Positions 26,333 to 31,064 of a stretch of 31,064 bases of DNA are shown here, one piece after another. A program made the position numbers and the translations under genes. Within the stretch, counting starts at the first letter, position 1, and each line of letters begins with the position of its first letter. This DNA is from a virus, in the UHGV virus genome UHGV-0851987. One strand, 5' to 3'. A model generated the notes under the pieces. That model ran no database searches. It had not been told where the DNA came from and saw only the letters and a program-made list of their open reading frames with translations.

Positions 26333-28372
26333 ATGACAGACATTACAGCCAATGTTGTAGTAAGTATGCCATCGCAACTCTTCACTATGGCGCGTTCTTT
26401 TAAAGCAGTTGCCAATGGCAAAATTTATATCGGGAAGATTGACACTGACCCTGTAAATCCAGAAAACCAGATTCAGGTTTATGTGGAGAACGAAGATGGT
26501 TCTCACGTTCCTGTATCGCAACCAATCATCATTAATGCTGCTGGTTACCCGGTATATAACGGGCAGATTGCCAAATTCGTAACTGAGCAAGGCCATTCTA
26601 TGGCTGTTTATGATGCGTATGGTGCACAGCAGTTCAAATTCCCAAATGTGCTGAAGTATGATCCGGATCAGTTTGAAGCAAGATTATATGATGATGTTTG
26701 TTCTGGAAATTTTCCCAGCAAGATGGGATACATACACAACACTTTGCATGCAACATTGCGCACATTGCAACATAAGCTTGACGATATACTATCTGTTAAA
26801 GATTTTGGCGCCGTAGGAGATGGTTTAGATCATCCTCTTAGCGAAAAGTTCAGCACATTAAGTGCTGCTCAGATGGTTTATCCATTTGTTACCGCATTAA
26901 CACAAACCCAAGATTACGCTGCGATACAAGCTGCGATTAACACTGCTAAATTTATTAACGCAGGCGTGTTTCTGCCATCTGGCCAATACGTGGTAAATAC
27001 AGAAATTGTGGCGGATTATGCTCTTAGCTTATATGGCGAAGGCAGCGGTGGTTTGCGTGACATAGCCTCTACAGGTCACGAGGAATCGCCTGTTCGTGGG
27101 TCTGTAATATTGTCTAAAGTAAACCCCGGAAGAACGTTGTCAATTAATAGCACTACAGGTTTTTCATTCGGTATGACATTGCGCGACTTCGCAATATGGG
27201 GTGTGCAAGACTCTTGTGACGTGGGCCTGTATACTAACCATGTAGGTTGGACAGGGATTATGTCCGGTTTAAATATCCAACGCTTCCCAAATCAAGCGTG
27301 GGAGGTGGGCTATATTCAAGATACATACGTGAACAACTGCACTTTTTTGCTCAGCGGTTCTCAAGATAAACCTGCAGTGCACTTCCTTAACGACTCTAAC
27401 TATATCTATTTCAATGGTTGTCATTTTGAGGATACTCCTTACTTTATTAAAATGACTAATGCGTGGAACATAGCGTTCCATCATTGCCATTTCGAAGTAG
27501 CCCGTACAGTAAACGGCTCACTGGATGATAGATTTTTTTACCGAAGCGCACCCATTGACCTTGGTGCAAGCTATAGAATTCAATTTTCAGAAAATACATT
27601 CATACCGACCGATGTAGGTTACCTGTCGTCGAAACTAGATGCACCAAGAAACCAGGTTCCGTATTTTATGACGGGTTCTGGAGGTAACAGCATTAGCTTC
27701 TCTGGGGATATATTCCTGGCACCAGAAGGTAGTGTAGATGCTATGTATCTGGATTGCACAGCTGTTAGTGTATTGGGGTGTAAATTTATACGAATGTCTC
27801 CCAGCCGCGAATGTATACATATCACCGACGGACATGTAAGTAATTGCGAGATAGGGATTTCAGCCGCCGAGGACCTAACAAAATTGTACGGTATCTATGT
27901 CGGCAAAGGCGGTGTTTCAAACTGTACCTTTGGTTTCTATGAGTCTGACTCCGGTGGGAAACGAAATGAAGGCGCGCTATTATTTGGAGAGGGGAAGGCT
28001 AACGGTAATTCATACCCTGACGATGACCGTGTGTATATTTTTCTGGATTCACCAACGAAGGTTGATGGTTACGACGGTGGAGATGCAAGATTCATTACCT
28101 TAACAGAAAGCACTATTGTAGATTTAACAAAAGTTCATCCATCAACTCATTATAATATAATCGGCTCTTCGGTAGCTATTACTAACATTTATGGTGCTCC
28201 ACTAGGCAGAGACCTGATTGTACGGGTGTCTAGTGGTGATCATTCTGGTGTTAAGTACGTAGCCGGTTCTGTCGAAACTAATGGAGCTACTGATTGGGCC
28301 GCGGTGCCAAGCACAAACGCGATATTCAAATGCATTAAAGGACCGGCTGGTAAAGTGATGTATCAGTTATAA
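26333..28372 (+). CDS. Tailspike protein: P22/Sf6-type N-terminal head-binding domain plus divergent receptor-binding domain
   Basis: N-terminal roughly 115 aa ([61 protein letters not shown] ... VLKYDPDQ) match the conserved podovirus tailspike head-binding domain. The remainder is consistent with a beta-helix enzyme domain (my inference). GGAG RBS. Confidence 0.9.
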   Translation: MTDITANVVVSMPSQLFTMARSFKAVANGKIYIGKIDTDPVNPENQIQVYVENEDGSHVPVSQPIIINAAGYPVYNGQIAKFVTEQGHSMAVYDAYGAQQFKFPNVLKYDPDQFEARLYDDVCSGNFPSKMGYIHNTLHATLRTLQHKLDDILSVKDFGAVGDGLDHPLSEKFSTLSAAQMVYPFVTALTQTQDYAAIQAAINTAKFINAGVFLPSGQYVVNTEIVADYALSLYGEGSGGLRDIASTGHEESPVRGSVILSKVNPGRTLSINSTTGFSFGMTLRDFAIWGVQDSCDVGLYTNHVGWTGIMSGLNIQRFPNQAWEVGYIQDTYVNNCTFLLSGSQDKPAVHFLNDSNYIYFNGCHFEDTPYFIKMTNAWNIAFHHCHFEVARTVNGSLDDRFFYRSAPIDLGASYRIQFSENTFIPTDVGYLSSKLDAPRNQVPYFMTGSGGNSISFSGDIFLAPEGSVDAMYLDCTAVSVLGCKFIRMSPSRECIHITDGHVSNCEIGISAAEDLTKLYGIYVGKGGVSNCTFGFYESDSGGKRNEGALLFGEGKANGNSYPDDDRVYIFLDSPTKVDGYDGGDARFITLTESTIVDLTKVHPSTHYNIIGSSVAITNIYGAPLGRDLIVRVSSGDHSGVKYVAGSVETNGATDWAAVPSTNAIFKCIKGPAGKVMYQL

Positions 28373-28384
28373 ACTAGTGGTGTG

Positions 28385-28411
28385 TGTTTTAAATAAACCA
28401 CCTCTAAATGA
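28385..28411. terminator. Bidirectional intrinsic terminator between the convergent tailspike and Wzy-like genes
   Basis: 10-bp stem AAACCACCTC / GAGGTGGTTT with loop TAAAT, T-rich on both sides. Confidence 0.65.
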
Positions 28412-28428
28412 GGTGGTTTTTGCAAAAG

Positions 28429-29754
28429 TTATCTTTGAGTTCTCGCAAATCTAAGGCATAGCAACACAAAAGAGAATGCCACTAAAAATACAGACATATC
28501 AACAACATAAGCAATGCCAACAGGAGGCGATAACAGTAGCTGCAAAGATCTAATATAAAAAACAGCCAAAAACGAAGATGTAAATGGAAGCATGCATCCT
28601 GAGTTTTTATACTTTGCTTTTGAAATCCTTCCTATTATAAAACCTATAATAGACGTCATAATTAAGCTTCCAATAAATCCAAAAAACACATATCCTGCAA
28701 GATCAAAGTGACTTGTTGGACCTCTTGCAATATCATCCCATGGGTACCATTGTTTCCATATCAATCTACCTACATCATTATCAAAATAGTTATATGAGAA
28801 CACGGTTTTTACAAATCCATTTCCACCTATATATCCAAATAGCTGAATAAAAGGGTTTTCAACAACTATTCTATTGATAGTGTCGTAAGGCAGAGAAAAA
28901 TAGTAAGCATCTCCATTTGCAATTATTCTCATAAGGAATAGCTCAAATATAACAGGCAAGTCTGTATACTGAGAACTGGTATAACCTATAGATTCAGATG
29001 TAAACGTCAAAATATAAAGAACATATGCAATCATGGCTGAAAAAGATACGAGACTGATTGCCAAGAACTTTAAATTTATTCTTGGAGACACACCTGAATA
29101 TATATATATTGCCGCTATTGATACTAGCGCGTGTTCAAGAAGAGAGAACTTAGCACCTGACACAAAAGACGCAATAACAGCCACTAAAATTGCAAAAAAT
29201 ATAATAATTGCTCTATTTAACTTATTTTTTGTTTTGTATATATTTATAGCCAGCATAGCTGACAATAACAATCGCACAACATCTAGTATTCTTACAATTA
29301 CTCCAAGACCTTTATTTGCCTCAAACCTTGATTCACCAAACGAAGAGAATGAAACATTTAATAAATAGTACGCTGTTAATACAACATACATAACAAAAAT
29401 AATCTTAAATGAAAATTTATAGTTGCTGTCTACCTCTCTGAAAAGAGCGTTTCTAAGACCAGCTATTGGCTTTATGTTTAGACTAAATGAAAATCTCCAT
29501 GTTATAACAAGGATAATAAAGTTAAGTAGTACCATTATGGCTAGGTAATCGTCTATGTACCCGTAAAGATATAGAATTATGACAACTGAATATGCAGTTC
29601 CAGAACCGAAGGCAAAAAAGTAGTGCGCTGGATCTATTATTCCATAGGTTGTTTTTCTTATTGCTTTGTAGCATAAGAACGCGCAAAGAAAGGTTAATAG
29701 CATGTAACCAATCCAGTGTGTGAATATAAAACTGAAAAATTCACTATCGCTCAT
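28429..29754 (-). CDS. Polytopic inner-membrane protein, candidate O-antigen polymerase (Wzy/EpsG-like) serotype-conversion moron
   Basis: 441-aa ORF with roughly 10-12 hydrophobic segments and high F/I/Y/L content. Visibly AT-rich DNA compared with the rest of the window. Located between tailspike and integrase, where P22/Sf6-type phages carry O-antigen-modifying genes. Lacks the acyltransferase-3 signature expected of an Oac-type acetylase. The function is inferred. Confidence 0.7.
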   Translation of the reverse strand: MSDSEFFSFIFTHWIGYMLLTFLCAFLCYKAIRKTTYGIIDPAHYFFAFGSGTAYSVVIILYLYGYIDDYLAIMVLLNFIILVITWRFSFSLNIKPIAGLRNALFREVDSNYKFSFKIIFVMYVVLTAYYLLNVSFSSFGESRFEANKGLGVIVRILDVVRLLLSAMLAINIYKTKNKLNRAIIIFFAILVAVIASFVSGAKFSLLEHALVSIAAIYIYSGVSPRINLKFLAISLVSFSAMIAYVLYILTFTSESIGYTSSQYTDLPVIFELFLMRIIANGDAYYFSLPYDTINRIVVENPFIQLFGYIGGNGFVKTVFSYNYFDNDVGRLIWKQWYPWDDIARGPTSHFDLAGYVFFGFIGSLIMTSIIGFIIGRISKAKYKNSGCMLPFTSSFLAVFYIRSLQLLLSPPVGIAYVVDMSVFLVAFSFVLLCLRFARTQR

Positions 29755-30168
29755 TTTTATTTCCGAATAGTTTTAAAAAAACATAAACATACGAAATTAT
29801 TAATACAGCAATCACGAATGCATGTGGCTAACTTACAATTTGCATCATACTTTGTATTTATGCCATTCATGTCAATATCATTTTATTTCCTTGACAAATC
29901 AACATTGTTACATAAGAAAGTTTCTTATGCAAAGTTAAAACCAGCTTGAAAATATTCGTTTGCTAACGAAATCAACTCAATAGAGTCATTGATAGTTAGC
30001 ACGTCTATCTCAAATGTGTTAAGAGTGATTTTGACATAAGAGGACTCTGTGCAGAGAATTTATACCATAAACAAAAACTTGTCATGGCGGGAAAAGATGG
30101 ATGCAGTATACATAATCATTAGATTACAATGTTCTGTTCCATTAGTTATCATTTAAGTGTTAGCTATT

Positions 30169-31064
30169 TCATTTGTCATCAAGCCAGTCAGCCCACCACT
30201 GCATCATCTCCCTGCGCTTATCGAGATACTGCGCATGGTTGTAAATACCGCGCACAGATCCGCCGTTGGCATGTGCCAGTTGCACTTCAATAGCATCAGC
30301 AGGCCATTCGTGCTCGTTCATAATCGTGCTGAATTCATGCCTGAATCCGTGACCGCTTTCCAGCCCTTCATAGCCAATTTGTTTGATCACAAGCAATACC
30401 GCGTTCTCGCAGATTGGCTTCTTCTTATCGTTGCGCCCGGCAAAAACAAACTCTGAGACTGGTTTGGTGATTGAGCTTAGCGTAGTGAGAAGTTCAACCA
30501 CCTGGTCTGACATCGGGACCACATGAATTTTTCGTCCCTTCATCACACTGGCGTCGATGGTGATAATCCTGTTTTCAAAATCGACGTTCTTCCATAGCAT
30601 GGAACGAAGCTCTTTCGTTCTTAGGGCTGTATAACGTAAAACTTTTGTCGCAATGAGCGATACGATACTTCCTGAAAATGTTGCCAGTGCTTTGTTGAAT
30701 GCAGGGATCTGGTCTGCTGGAAGGAACGGGAAGTTCTTCTTGCGGTATCCTTTCATGGCGTCTGCAAGGTCAGGTGCCGGGTTATATTTAGCCCTTCCGG
30801 TGACAATAGCGTAACGAAAAACCTCGCCGCATCTTCTGCGGGCTTTGTTGGCTCGCTCCATTGCACCGCGATCTTCAAATCTTCGGATTACTTCCAGCAG
30901 TTGCATCGGCTCAATATCCTGAATTTCAAGACCGCCGATGATGGGTAAAATGTCGTCATCAAACATTTTGGCAAGTTCAGTTGCATAGCCTACTGACCAG
31001 ACTTGCTTCTTGTGCTCGTACCATTCCTTGTAAATCGCACTAAATGAATTGTTGTTAGACGAAG
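30169..31064 (-). CDS. int: Tyrosine integrase (P4-like family), 5'-truncated by the window edge
   Basis: C-terminal catalytic region with HGFRHEFST and LAHANGGSVRGIYNHAQY (tyrosine recombinase R/H/Y signature region). The reading frame stays open to position 31064, so the N-terminus lies beyond the window. Confidence 0.9.
   Translation of the reverse strand, partial: SSNNNSFSAIYKEWYEHKKQVWSVGYATELAKMFDDDILPIIGGLEIQDIEPMQLLEVIRRFEDRGAMERANKARRRCGEVFRYAIVTGRAKYNPAPDLADAMKGYRKKNFPFLPADQIPAFNKALATFSGSIVSLIATKVLRYTALRTKELRSMLWKNVDFENRIITIDASVMKGRKIHVVPMSDQVVELLTTLSSITKPVSEFVFAGRNDKKKPICENAVLLVIKQIGYEGLESGHGFRHEFSTIMNEHEWPADAIEVQLAHANGGSVRGIYNHAQYLDKRREMMQWWADWLDDK

Noticed and set aside
29716-29949. 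77-aa plus-strand ORF in the AT-rich interval
   Set aside because: AT-rich DNA generates spurious ORFs. It overlaps the start of the Wzy-like gene and has no RBS.
29950-30200. Search for a tRNA 3'-end fragment marking the attP core next to int
   Set aside because: No GGTTCGAATCC-like T-arm or CCA-ended acceptor segment was found by eye, so the attP core could not be assigned to a tRNA target.
30157-30456. 99-aa plus-strand ORF
   Set aside because: Antisense to the integrase catalytic domain.

Overview
The window is almost entirely one mosaic lambdoid temperate-phage genome, laid out in vegetative order (early-left genes at the left, integrase at the right edge). All protein identifications rest on my own reading of the supplied translations and recall of phage protein families and sequences; no database search was run. 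Left to right: early-left operon on the minus strand (coiled-coil protein, small coupled ORF, lambda-type N with nutL and pL); an immunity region (hybrid CI repressor, cro-like gene, nutR, lambda-type cII with PRE and an OOP-like terminator); a replication module (48-aa ORF, initiator carrying internal iterons, DnaB-like helicase); a nin-like region (NinB, orphan N6-adenine methyltransferase, NinE, inserted ORF, NinF, Rha/KilAC antirepressor, NinH); Q antiterminator with a candidate late promoter and terminator; two tRNA genes; lambda-type lysis cassette S-R-Rz/Rz1; two small accessory genes; then an Sf6/P22-like podovirus virion module (small and large terminase, portal, scaffold, coat, gp4-, gp10-, needle-, gp14-like, three ejection proteins, tailspike). 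The right end carries a low-GC Wzy-like polytopic membrane gene on the minus strand and a 5'-truncated tyrosine integrase. The most notable items are the tailspike/Wzy-like pairing (candidate serotype-conversion module), the hybrid immunity region, the tRNA pair inserted in the late leader, and several uncharacterised cargo genes. No CRISPR array, rRNA or IS element was seen.
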